This document shows positions 49,101 to 57,893 of a stretch of DNA of 64,000 nucleotides, in pieces. The stretch is from an uncultured virus (IMG/VR IMGVR_UViG_3300042887_003526) (taxonomy: Duplodnaviria > Heunggongvirae > Uroviricota > Caudoviricetes). Each line of letters opens with the position of its first letter. Within the stretch, counting starts at the first letter, position 1. The stretch lies in IMG/VR virus record IMGVR_UViG_3300042887_003526; one strand, written 5' to 3'. The notes under the pieces are model-generated. The model saw nothing but the letters and a program-made list of their open reading frames with translations. It ran no database searches and was not told the DNA's origin. The translations under genes were made by a program, and so were the position numbers.

Positions 49101-51213
49101 TATTTTTTATACCAATAATTTTAAGGTCATCGTCGTAAATATATTCCAAACCATCAACATAATTATAGGATGAAAGAGATGTTCCCTCTTGTAGTTGTCT
49201 ATATGGAAACGGAGTTCCAGACATCCAAGGAGCATAAAATACAGGTGGTTCTGGATTGAATGGAAATTCCTTTGGACCGTTCCATGTAGTTTGAAGAGTC
49301 GGACCGGTTGTCGGATCAATTGGCTCACCAGTGATTGGACTATTCTTTGTATTCTGTGCAATATAAGAGTTTGCAGAAGAAATATAATCATCTGCATTAT
49401 CCAAGAATGATTGAATTATTTGTATTCTTTTGTCGTAAAAAGAAATTGCTTGGTCATAAAGAGCAATACTTTGTTCTAATGAATACTTAACAAAGTTTGG
49501 TATTTCTTCTTTGATATTATAGAATTCACCAATTGTTTTATTATATGGTTCCTTGGTGAAATCATAAGAAAGAGTCAGACCATTTTCGCTCTTAGTATCT
49601 CTGATATCATAGTTAACCGCATCAGTAAATGATCCTGCCGCAGCAATTTTATACTCAGTACCAACATCCGAAAATATACCAGTAGCGCCGAATAGAATAT
49701 TGAAAGTAATTCCACTCGTATCTCGGAATTCATTCAGTAATTTAATATCACCAGTTCCACCATAATTAGAAGATCCAAGACAACATACTGCACATCTATA
49801 CGCTTCCCATTTTCTTTTTATATTCTTTTTGTGACTGAATAGTTCACGTTTGCTCTTTAATGGTTCTCTTATCTTAGTGTATATGTCATTGAACTTTAAG
49901 AAATCCAACTCGCACAGATCAAATTGAGCTTGCCATGTTACATTCGACCATCTAGAATCGGCGGTTCTTCCTAGATAATCCCACCAAATGGTTGCTGTTT
50001 GGTCTGGTCTTGCACCAAATCCACGCTCGGCAGATTGTTGTATCCAGTGCTGAAATGGAGTATTATATTTTTTAGAGTCATAGAACGAACTAAGATCATC
50101 ATACAAACGGGTCAGAGAATTATATGAGCCCTTATGTAATGATTTGGTATCTAATGACTCAGATACTAATTTATTAGATTCTATGTGGGATACTTTATTG
50201 AAGTCTCGATGATAGTCATAATCTATAATATCATATGTGAATCCATCAGAGGAACTTAAGAAATCGGAATATGGATTAGTAAAGTCGGGTTCTATTCTTT
50301 TGTAAAAACTAGTAAGTGTTCTATCGTTTAGTAGACTTAAAGAATTGTATTGGTTGTTGACAACCATCGATCTTACTCTTTTTGGATCTACTTCATCTTC
50401 AGTCCCAAGAACAAAGTAAGTTAGTTCGTCATCACTTTTATCTTTTTGTTCGTTTATTAATTTTTCTATCGATTTAAAATGCCAACCATCTGTATCTTGC
50501 CAAAAGAAGAAATTAACAGCATATGGATTTTCTGGAGAAATAGCATAATTTGTAACATAATTTAATAGATGTACAATTTCAAATTGTCCTTTTTCATTAC
50601 TAACTGAAATTGATATTTCGTCTTTTTTGATCCAAACGCCGTTTTGTGTTTCTTGAATTTCTATTGGTTTTAGATTGTACTTATCTGAAATTTCATTTAT
50701 CAGACCTTTGATCTTGGAATTCGATTCTGTTGATTTGGAAATTACTCCAACGAAATCTTTATTCTGTAGGAAATTTTCTGTAAATTGAGAATCAAATATC
50801 TGTTCAGACATGAACTCTAATCTATATAAATTTGCTTTTTCAATAACATTTAATTTAGGAGAACGAGTTAAATCATTTATTAGTTTTATTTCGTAAATTC
50901 TTGCTTTTACTTCTTTGGTTTTTTGAGATTCTGCATCTGCACCAAATTTAAATGTTATTGTTTCAAAACCAGTTATATTCAGTTCGCCTACCCAATCACC
51001 TTTGTCATATAATTCAATGTAACCAGAAATATAGGGATTAAATATACTTTGAACTATTTTAATTTCAGTTAATAGTTCATTTCCCTTTCCTATGCTTTGA
51101 TTTGAAAACAAATCAAAAATTCCCTTTCCGTCTTTTCTTTCTATAGTTACACCGACTAAAAAAGATGGAGTACGAGAACCGGATGTTAAAGATTCAATAT
51201 TTTGTTCAGCCAT
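46180..51213 (-). CDS. giant baseplate hub protein (gp27-like termini with a large insertion)
   Basis: N-terminal SIF.PYISG.I...D...I.G.E.I and FFFWQ..DG.HFKSIE.L; C-terminal I.V......IGDII.I....LSGKW.V......LEL..RD. Confidence 0.65.
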   Translation of the reverse strand: MAEQNIESLTSGSRTPSFLVGVTIERKDGKGIFDLFSNQSIGKGNELLTEIKIVQSIFNPYISGYIELYDKGDWVGELNITGFETITFKFGADAESQKTKEVKARIYEIKLINDLTRSPKLNVIEKANLYRLEFMSEQIFDSQFTENFLQNKDFVGVISKSTESNSKIKGLINEISDKYNLKPIEIQETQNGVWIKKDEISISVSNEKGQFEIVHLLNYVTNYAISPENPYAVNFFFWQDTDGWHFKSIEKLINEQKDKSDDELTYFVLGTEDEVDPKRVRSMVVNNQYNSLSLLNDRTLTSFYKRIEPDFTNPYSDFLSSSDGFTYDIIDYDYHRDFNKVSHIESNKLVSESLDTKSLHKGSYNSLTRLYDDLSSFYDSKKYNTPFQHWIQQSAERGFGARPDQTATIWWDYLGRTADSRWSNVTWQAQFDLCELDFLKFNDIYTKIREPLKSKRELFSHKKNIKRKWEAYRCAVCCLGSSNYGGTGDIKLLNEFRDTSGITFNILFGATGIFSDVGTEYKIAAAGSFTDAVNYDIRDTKSENGLTLSYDFTKEPYNKTIGEFYNIKEEIPNFVKYSLEQSIALYDQAISFYDKRIQIIQSFLDNADDYISSANSYIAQNTKNSPITGEPIDPTTGPTLQTTWNGPKEFPFNPEPPVFYAPWMSGTPFPYRQLQEGTSLSSYNYVDGLEYIYDDDLKIIGIKNKPTKPIPDFVSRCSKEKYMPGTAHIVRNLDTFRLTNYGSGTNQTFADEVFFIEPLKYNISTSGILEGLYYNQLSNDPYSVPDGIESQYEEASRSLRQCIDDGNCFNTLCFEPLIIEIQKRIGEQEIQIIKFERDLYVYLRNLARDTFIPKWKEMYSEWWNRKAFFISKPVGTSIFTGITGGRQNKLIQPLSLQNIKSIKRKEIKGSRYEILAKSKLGITGASAGQWLYDIYFANNAENNPNDYKPENGKTWWEKENNHPYYSQGYDTRYGKSAFVTKRKLNYWYEYYDANPLNNKPWQTDNVLPLSDRQQKQTAFVIATEKQMEGLDLNITNLGYALTHLEYMQPIVEDDFINAFNIFDENISEKKPPNIKKEEISSYVRIEFISPIGLDRIADFPDGFVRDSGSEYFLPYLVQLTAGPNGRQTVRNNIAIIGMDPYGFDVAVKKQKIENRYEAREYSWWNKYSPINFGSDLSDAGMDLWPEQGFNVETPYYTTDIETSIPQVKDGYSFEYYYWERGGPNSKNPGFESKGIDSQYKQTALGSGYLMSSHKKIKPHRSWWSFYIPTNLFVKNKLFNPSLGYASGTLNQFSFNSFYGYNSDAWFGLGTYRGPLLDYSVSNNTNNYGYWYNTNTNEQSITNNNRFDSRWIELNYGGDTIQLLNEYDLNGKFIKSRALDGESENILPHTDASIEEKYPELKQYFANDVLHWLSADYALYRPGLVTEDLWKYDLSGETDYGIITPPINEPNYDLFDQNFAAQFMVYAKTNNLCNKFTCANPLGITDSSGCSEDNPYCNCPAQDQMPIEPEPTYLELYSLYNEIRECDLIEENLGKEYLGCIWSDPNNPCSCNCPEIGKKFAEYLKYTRTYATFWGTPAHVPLNRIALMNQLSSQQMSITVAATDKVKIGDIIRIYHENPQTPTLYLNREKVLSGKWMVIGMNYKFLRETVQYLELVLSRDTLPVSPDIGISPITAFKI

Positions 51214-52283
51214 TATACATTTAGTTCTATAGAAAGAACTCTTCCTTGATTACTATTTATCGCTTTTTCAAATAAACCAATTGTACCCTCAAGGTATCTG
51301 GGTTTCAATGCCCTAACAGAATATCTTTTTTCGTTTTCCTCTAATTGAAGAATCAAAGGTGTCTTTACTGTTATTGATGAAGGCAATACACCGAGAACAT
51401 ATGCATCCAATAAAGTACCAGAAAAATCATCTGCATTTGGGACAGGAGTAGTTGTTTGGTAACTATTAATATTAGTATTGGAATTTGAATAATATGCAGT
51501 AAGAGATCCAGCAGTATTAAGTGAACTGACTTTTCTATAGGGCGATTCTACTGCACCGCTATTCATGAATTGTGTTGCTGCGTTTTTCTCTTCATCTATT
51601 TTTGCTATTCTGAATATAGTGAATTCATTACCATCGATGGTTATATTAGTATATCCATCAGGGCCTGTTACTTTATCTGTATACACTACATCAGGGTCGG
51701 GTGTTCTGAAATTTACTGCTTTATAATCGCCATTTGAATCTTTTCTAAGAATTGCAAATGTATCATTTACAGAAAAAGAACCACTTCCCCCGCCGACTGC
51801 TACCAAATATCTAAATTTTTGATTCCACTCTTTTACTATTTTATAGGTGACTATAGGACTTTCATATGAAAAAACACAACTGGTATAAACTTCATTGGCA
51901 GTTGTACCCGAGCAAGAAGCTTTTGTTATTTTAATCATCACATCGCCGGGAAGCAAATCGGGTATTCTGCATATGTAATATGCAGTTCCATTATATTTTG
52001 AATTTAATTCGGTAAGAAAGGATGTATATTCCCTAGGCCAGTCAGTATGAGGATTTAGCATTCTATTGGAAGAAAACAGTACCCATGAATATTGACTGCT
52101 GCTATACAAATTAAAAGAAGTGATTTCTGCATTTGCACCATTTGTTACATAATAGGTGTCAAAAATCGAATCATTCGCTAGTGTAGTCTGAGTAAATGAT
52201 ACTTTTCTGAAAATATCAATCAATTCTAAAGTATTACCGTTTTGAAATTTATATTCAAGTGTTGGAAAATAGTCGAAGTACAT
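51213..52283 (-). CDS. gp53: baseplate wedge component gp53
   Basis: MYF.YFP...Y, DIFR.V, LY.....WV....N...P..DWP, ENE.R..V..LKP. Confidence 0.88.
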   Translation of the reverse strand: MYFDYFPTLEYKFQNGNTLELIDIFRKVSFTQTTLANDSIFDTYYVTNGANAEITSFNLYSSSQYSWVLFSSNRMLNPHTDWPREYTSFLTELNSKYNGTAYYICRIPDLLPGDVMIKITKASCSGTTANEVYTSCVFSYESPIVTYKIVKEWNQKFRYLVAVGGGSGSFSVNDTFAILRKDSNGDYKAVNFRTPDPDVVYTDKVTGPDGYTNITIDGNEFTIFRIAKIDEEKNAATQFMNSGAVESPYRKVSSLNTAGSLTAYYSNSNTNINSYQTTTPVPNADDFSGTLLDAYVLGVLPSSITVKTPLILQLEENEKRYSVRALKPRYLEGTIGLFEKAINSNQGRVLSIELNV

Positions 52284-52297
52284 TATATTTCCTATTT

Positions 52298-53182
52298 TTA
52301 TCTAATAATCTGACCAGCAATATTGGCAATATCTTGTCCGGCGCCGCCAAATGTCCAGAAGGAAGTTGATCTATTTACTATTGTGCTACTCTGTACCAAA
52401 GAACTGCGTAAGGCGGGTTCTAATTCAACAAATGTCATATTAATTGTTTGTGATAATGGTTTTATTTCCCCATTTTCATCGGCAATACCATAAGTATCTT
52501 GAAATCCAGACTTACTGACGGTGATTTGATCAAGAACAGACAATTGTGGTTGACCTGACCATTGACGGTCTATCTGTGCATTTTGTCCTGGCCCTATACC
52601 AAACAACCACAGGGGAGGATGACATACAAATCTAGAAAACAATCCGCTTCTTGCTTGTGGTAAAGAAAATGATTCAAATATTTCGCATATTTCCGATGCA
52701 GCATTTGAATCTTCTGTGCTTCTTGCTGCTAAAACTATCTTAAAACCATAGAGTCTTTTATTCGTTCCTCTGAATTTGGTATCAGACATATCCATATCAA
52801 TCTTTGCACCGATTCCTATACTTTCTGCAGCCCAAGTAGGTGCAGATAGAGTGAATTCTGTTAAATCAGCAGTTGCTGTTGCATAATTTGCCATGACTTT
52901 ACCAGCATCGTTAGAATAACTCTGCGGATCTGCTTGAGTGACATTGACAGGAAGTATACCTGTATCGTAAATATTGTCTGTCTTTGTAACAAATTCTTTT
53001 GGTGCAGGTAACATGATGCACTTCAACATTGGACCTATTCCAAGACTAGCAGATGTCCTTAGTAAAGAGTTATCGGTATAGTCATAACAAAAGAATTTTA
53101 ACCACAAAGGGATCTTTTTTTGATCCTCTGGGGAAGTTGGGAATATCTTAGTTGAAGAAAAAAGTGCTTCTGTTCCGGGCAT
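52298..53182 (-). CDS. gp48: baseplate tail-tube cap gp48
   Basis: I.LP.P, R...F...L..RS..DS..., PP.W, M.FVELE; next to gp53 and divergent from gp4. Confidence 0.75.
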   Translation of the reverse strand: MPGTEALFSSTKIFPTSPEDQKKIPLWLKFFCYDYTDNSLLRTSASLGIGPMLKCIMLPAPKEFVTKTDNIYDTGILPVNVTQADPQSYSNDAGKVMANYATATADLTEFTLSAPTWAAESIGIGAKIDMDMSDTKFRGTNKRLYGFKIVLAARSTEDSNAASEICEIFESFSLPQARSGLFSRFVCHPPLWLFGIGPGQNAQIDRQWSGQPQLSVLDQITVSKSGFQDTYGIADENGEIKPLSQTINMTFVELEPALRSSLVQSSTIVNRSTSFWTFGGAGQDIANIAGQIIR

Positions 53183-53203
53183 TGTTGCTCCTATATATTT
53201 AAT

Positions 53204-53635
53204 ATGGCATACAAGACTAAATACATACCTAATAATCCCACAAAATATATAGGTAATATTAATTCAATTTTATGCCGTTCTCTCTGGGAAAGAAGATTTT
53301 GTAAGTATCTGGATAGCAACAAAAATATAGTAAGATGGGCATTTGAGGCAATACGAATACCTTATGTTTCTCCGATGGACAATAAAGTCCATTTTTATAT
53401 TCCAGATTTCCTTATAGAAGCAAAAAACAAAGACGGAATAGTTGAAACTATGTTAATAGAAATAAAACCCCTAAAGCAAACAAAACAACCAGAACACAAT
53501 AAAAAACACAAAAAAACAATATTAATGGAAAATATGACATATGCAATAAATACTGCAAAGTGGGAAGCAGCAAAAAATTATTGCACCGAAAAGGGAATAA
53601 TATTCAAAATTTTAACAGAACAGGATCTATTCTAA
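53204..53635 (+). CDS. gp4: head completion nuclease gp4
   Basis: P.NP.KY.G, RSLWERRFC.YLD, IPY.SP.D...H.Y.PDF, IEIKP..QT, N.AKW.AA. Confidence 0.95.
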   Translation: MAYKTKYIPNNPTKYIGNINSILCRSLWERRFCKYLDSNKNIVRWAFEAIRIPYVSPMDNKVHFYIPDFLIEAKNKDGIVETMLIEIKPLKQTKQPEHNKKHKKTILMENMTYAINTAKWEAAKNYCTEKGIIFKILTEQDLF

Positions 53636-53636
53636 A

Positions 53637-54290
53637 ATGTCAAATATTAATCTTCCAGATTATCAAGCAACCACTATTACTCAGTTTAGAAATGCTGTAA
53701 TTGCAAGAAAAGGAATTCAGCAACCCGGAAAATATGCAGTTCAGATGGTAGATGGTAAATTGAATAGTTTATCGTGCTATCCAGAATCGGTAACTTTGCC
53801 TCAAAGATCATTTAGTACTGCACCATATAGTCCGTGGGGGCCAATTTTACAATTACCAGTTAGAAGAGAATATGGTGAATGTGCAATGTCCTTTATAATT
53901 TATCAGGACTGGGCAGAAAGAAGGTTTTTTGAAAACTGGATGGATACCATTATTCCACCAAAATCAACAGAAGATGCTGATCCAGTTGGGGTGAGTGCTT
54001 TGGAGCGATTGGGTGGTCCCTCTGTGGGTAATATATTTGATGTTTTAGCTGGTACAAGTAGAACAATAAGAACAACACAGTATTCAGATTACTCTAATGG
54101 TTTTAATACCTTTACAGGAACTGTTAAAATATATCCTCTTGCGGTAGAAAATCAAGCACAACAAACATGCACCATTACATTGAAAAATGCATTCCCCCTG
54201 ACCATAACACCAACACAAATGTCTTCTGAAGCGACAGGATATGCTACATTTGTTGTAATTTTTGCATTCAAAGAATATGAATTTATTTAA
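53637..54290 (+). CDS. gp54: baseplate tail-tube initiator gp54-like (gp19 family)
   Basis: SV.LP.R...., ERRFFENW.D.I, L.NAFP..I, V.FAF. Confidence 0.7.
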   Translation: MSNINLPDYQATTITQFRNAVIARKGIQQPGKYAVQMVDGKLNSLSCYPESVTLPQRSFSTAPYSPWGPILQLPVRREYGECAMSFIIYQDWAERRFFENWMDTIIPPKSTEDADPVGVSALERLGGPSVGNIFDVLAGTSRTIRTTQYSDYSNGFNTFTGTVKIYPLAVENQAQQTCTITLKNAFPLTITPTQMSSEATGYATFVVIFAFKEYEFI

Positions 54291-54301
54291 TTGGAGATAT
54301 T

Positions 54302-55006
54302 ATGAAATTAGTTGACTTATTAGGAAATAGACCGAAATACTCAGAAACTGTACCATCAACAAACAAAAAAATATGGTTTAGACCGTTTTTAGTTAAAGAT
54401 GAAAAAACTTTATTAATGGTACAGGAAACCGGAAAAGAAAAAGAAATATTAATGGCAGTCAAAGAATTAGTAGAGTCCTGCTTTGAATTAAAAGACGCAG
54501 GAAGTATACCAATATTTGATTTAGAATATTTGTTTTTAAAACTAAGATCAAAATCGGTAGGAGAAATTGTTGAACCTTTTCTGGTTTGTCCGCATACAAA
54601 TGAAAAGATCAAACTGGTAATTGATTTGGATAAGATTAAAGTTAAAACCTTCAAATCCCATACGAATAAATTAAAATTAGATGATGATTTGTTTGTTTGT
54701 ATGAAATATCCATCACTTAATATGTTTATAGAAAACGAAACATCTGATATGTCTCTTATGGATTTTTACGATCTTGCAGTATCGTGTGTTGATTATATCG
54801 AAACACCAACGGAACGAATAGAATGCGAAAACAAGAATAAAGAAGAGATAAAAGAATTCGTAGACAATATGTCAAAGGTTCAATTTGACAAAATAATTGA
54901 ATTTTTTGCAACAATGCCAAGAATTGAACAAGAAATGCCATATACGACAAGTGATGGAGTAGAAAGAAAGGTAGTGTTACGAGGTATTCGTGATTTTTTC
55001 GGATAA
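54302..55006 (+). CDS. gp26: baseplate hub assembly protein gp26
   Basis: P.Y...VPST.K.I.FRPFLVK.EK.LL, FDLEYLFL.LRSKSVGE, MKYP, I..FF.TMP, G..DFF. Confidence 0.92.
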   Translation: MKLVDLLGNRPKYSETVPSTNKKIWFRPFLVKDEKTLLMVQETGKEKEILMAVKELVESCFELKDAGSIPIFDLEYLFLKLRSKSVGEIVEPFLVCPHTNEKIKLVIDLDKIKVKTFKSHTNKLKLDDDLFVCMKYPSLNMFIENETSDMSLMDFYDLAVSCVDYIETPTERIECENKNKEEIKEFVDNMSKVQFDKIIEFFATMPRIEQEMPYTTSDGVERKVVLRGIRDFFG

Positions 55007-55053
55007 GCCTCAGCCACAATAGTCTCAATACCTATTTTGATTTAACATTCAAA

Positions 55054-55218
55054 ATGATACACATGTATAACTACTCATTGACGGAATTAGAATCAATGAT
55101 ACCTTGGGAAAGAGACATTTATGTGGAATCGCTGAGGCAGCATATAGAAGAAGAAAATCTAAGACTTATGAACAAGCAGAACATGATGAGGGCAATGAAC
55201 AGCAGAAGAGGAAGATAA
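55054..55218 (+). CDS. gp51: baseplate hub assembly catalyst gp51 (not in ORF track; frame is open upstream to the slippery site at 54994)
   Basis: MIHMYNYSLTELESMIPWERDIYVESLRQHIEEEN, the YSLTE.E.M.PWER.IY motif. Confidence 0.88.
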   Translation: MIHMYNYSLTELESMIPWERDIYVESLRQHIEEENLRLMNKQNMMRAMNSRRGR

Positions 55219-56916
55219 ATGAAAGAAAAAAATTTACCAAAACTTAAAAAAGAAATTCTTAAACTATTTGGAAGTTCTCTTTCATTGTCCTCTAATGTGA
55301 GTCTTCCGTCTAATGTTATACTTCCTACTGACACAGAAACTGCTCCATTACCAAATGGTACAGGAACTGCAACAGAAAAACCAGAAGATATCAATATAAC
55401 AATTGCTTTACCTCAAGATAAAAAGACGAGAAATTACAAGAAAACTGTAAAATCTCTGAAAAATAACAAATCGTATAATATTGATATAAAAAAAAATGAT
55501 ATACCGCTTCAACTGTATTTCAATAATTCATACGAAGACCATGTTACACCGGAATTAGTAAAACCTGTAAATTTTATTAATTACGGAATCAATAGAATTC
55601 AAAATACGAATATAAATTCACCACAATTTAACGAAAGCAAAGTAGTAAACAAAAACAATACTACAGAGGTTTCAAATGTTAAAAATAATTTTATAAAAGA
55701 ATATGTTAAAATTATTGAAAATTACAAATCTAATACAAAACCAAATCAAAATTTTATTCAAAAAGAAAATAAAGTTTTAAATAATTTCTTCATAAAACCA
55801 TATACGTTTTTAACAAATAGCGATGATGTGATATTGCGGACAGAAAATAATATCACTAACAATTCCAATATTACAAACCAAAGTAATCCGGTTACCAACA
55901 GTATCATCACAAACCAAAGTAATCCGGTTACCAACAACAGTGCCATTACAAACCAAAGTAATCCGGTTACCAACAGTATTATTACAAACCAAAGTAATCC
56001 GGTTACCAACAACAGTGCCATTACAAACCAAAGTAATCCGGTTACCAACAGTATTATTACAAACCAAAGTAATCCGGTTACCAACAGTATTATTACAAAC
56101 CAAAGTAATCCGGTTACCAACAACAGTATCATCACGAACCAAAGTAATCCGGTTACCAATAATAGTATCATCACGAACCAAAGTAATGCGGTTACCAATA
56201 ATAGTATCATCACGAACCAAACCAATCCAATTACCAACAATAATACTAGAATTGAAAAAAATACAGTAAACAAAACAAATGCAATAGTTCAAGATGTTTC
56301 AAACAACAATGCATTTATTGATAATAATGTGACTTTTTTCAAGGAACCAAAATACTTTGACTTATCGTCTGAAATTAATCAACCAATAATAAACAGATTT
56401 AGTTCTATTAAAAATGTTTTACAGCATAGAACAATATCAAATTATCTACAATCCAATAATGTTACAAATGTTCCTGCATTTGAATCTGGTGGTATAGTCT
56501 CAAAACCAACATTGGCAATGATTGGCGAAAAAGAACCAGAAGTAATAATACCAAAAAGTATTCTTCCAAATCTACTTACAAGTTCAGATAATAGTCCTAT
56601 GGAAAAAACAAAAATCAATAGAAAAATTAATTCTTTTATTGACCAAGGAAACATATCATCTCTTCCTGCACTCAAATCAATAGATCAAAACAATAAAACA
56701 AAGAATCTATTAGAAGTAGAAAAGGAAGAAATAGAACACATGAGGACTATTAGAAACGCCGATAAAAAACAACCAAAACCAACGGCAGTTTCAAACGAAC
56801 TTCAAAGCCCAGAAGAAACCATACTTGGCGTAGAAAAAATAACATCCACTAGAGGAATAAAACAATTTGCTCCGCCATTGAATGGACTTCCTTCGTGGAG
56901 ACAAAGTACAGTATAA
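55219..56916 (+). CDS. putative tape-measure-like protein (gp29 position), Asn-rich with internal tandem repeat
   Basis: Directly after gp26/gp51; AFESGGIV.KPT.AMIGE..PEVIIP motif seen in tape measure proteins. Confidence 0.5.
   Translation: MKEKNLPKLKKEILKLFGSSLSLSSNVSLPSNVILPTDTETAPLPNGTGTATEKPEDINITIALPQDKKTRNYKKTVKSLKNNKSYNIDIKKNDIPLQLYFNNSYEDHVTPELVKPVNFINYGINRIQNTNINSPQFNESKVVNKNNTTEVSNVKNNFIKEYVKIIENYKSNTKPNQNFIQKENKVLNNFFIKPYTFLTNSDDVILRTENNITNNSNITNQSNPVTNSIITNQSNPVTNNSAITNQSNPVTNSIITNQSNPVTNNSAITNQSNPVTNSIITNQSNPVTNSIITNQSNPVTNNSIITNQSNPVTNNSIITNQSNAVTNNSIITNQTNPITNNNTRIEKNTVNKTNAIVQDVSNNNAFIDNNVTFFKEPKYFDLSSEINQPIINRFSSIKNVLQHRTISNYLQSNNVTNVPAFESGGIVSKPTLAMIGEKEPEVIIPKSILPNLLTSSDNSPMEKTKINRKINSFIDQGNISSLPALKSIDQNNKTKNLLEVEKEEIEHMRTIRNADKKQPKPTAVSNELQSPEETILGVEKITSTRGIKQFAPPLNGLPSWRQSTV
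55870..56243 (+). repeat. in-frame tandem repeat, 10 units of 36/39 bp (ITNQSNPVTN(N)S[I/A])
   Basis: Core aaccaaagtaatccggttaccaa repeated; last two units degenerate. Confidence 0.95.
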
Positions 56917-56950
56917 AAAGAAACGACCCCCTACCGGAATAGGGGGTCGT
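56915..56950 (-). terminator. Rho-independent terminator of gp32 at the convergent junction
   Basis: 11-bp stem acgacccccta/tagggggtcgt, then TTCTTTTT on the minus strand. Confidence 0.85.
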
Positions 56951-56993
56951 CGGATCTAAGATGCTCTCTTAGATGTATCTGATATTATGTATA

Positions 56994-57893
56994 TCAGTCT
57001 TCAGCAAGCTTCTTGAAATAATCAAGAGCATCTGTCTCTTCGTCCACCTGATCCTCAACTGGCGGCTTTGAGCGGATAGAAGGCTTCTTCTCCTTCATAT
57101 CCTCTTCATCGATATCCTCAGCAGTACGAGTAGATCCCGTACCACTTCCACGGATATCCCCACGAAGAACATCAAACAACTTCTGCTTTAGTTCGTCATA
57201 GGACTTGAAATTAGTCGGATCAACAAAACTCTTAAGAGCATGTTGTGACTTCCAAACAGTCTCCAACTTAACATCCTCGCCATTTAGAAGCGGAGATGAC
57301 GAATCAAATTCTGACTTGTCATAATTGACAAATCCACCAACCTGACGAATCTTCAACTTGAAATTTGCACCATTCCAGAAATTGAACGGATCAAGTGGAT
57401 CCTCGTCCTTGAACTCCGGTTGCATCGCTTCCTGAATCTTTTCAAAGATCTTTTGACCATACTTGAACAGGAAAACCTTTCCTTCATTTGACGGTTCAGC
57501 AGGATCGCTGACAACGTAAATGTTGGAAATATAATTGAGCTTCCTCTTTCGCTGACGAGCAAGATCCTTATCGCTATCAATACCACTATTCCATAGTTGG
57601 GTATTCATCTCGGAAACTGGATCCTTCTGACCAAGAGTGGTTAGACAATTTTCGATATACCAACCGCCTGGGCCTTGGAAAGCATGGGAATACAACTTAA
57701 CCCAAGGAATGTCCTCTCCCTCAATTGCCGGCAGGAAACGAATTACTGCAAAACCATTCTTTGCGTTGTCGAGCTTTGGACGCCAAAAACGATCATCCTT
57801 GTAATCATTCTTGGTATTATCTTGTTGGATCTTTTGAACCAACTGATCGATGCTTGACTTCGACTTCTTCTTAAAATCGCTAAATGAACCCAT
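56994..57893 (-). CDS. gp32: single-stranded DNA-binding protein gp32
   Basis: DDRFW, NG.AVIRFLP, HAFQGPGGWYIENC.TT.G..DPV, GKVFLFKYG.KIF, NYDKSEF, acidic tail LDYFKKLAED. Confidence 0.97.
   Translation of the reverse strand: MGSFSDFKKKSKSSIDQLVQKIQQDNTKNDYKDDRFWRPKLDNAKNGFAVIRFLPAIEGEDIPWVKLYSHAFQGPGGWYIENCLTTLGQKDPVSEMNTQLWNSGIDSDKDLARQRKRKLNYISNIYVVSDPAEPSNEGKVFLFKYGQKIFEKIQEAMQPEFKDEDPLDPFNFWNGANFKLKIRQVGGFVNYDKSEFDSSSPLLNGEDVKLETVWKSQHALKSFVDPTNFKSYDELKQKLFDVLRGDIRGSGTGSTRTAEDIDEEDMKEKKPSIRSKPPVEDQVDEETDALDYFKKLAED

Noticed and set aside
46180..51213. Intein or intron explaining the hub size
   Set aside because: No intein splice-junction or LAGLIDADG/HNH motifs recognised; the frame is continuous
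55870..56243. Possible CRISPR array
   Set aside because: Units are contiguous with no unique spacers, lengths are multiples of three within a CDS, and no cas genes are seen
55758..56292. Hydrophobic and repetitive ORFs in other frames over the tandem repeat (e.g. 55758..56273 minus)
   Set aside because: By-products of a stop-free, in-frame repeat inside a longer gene
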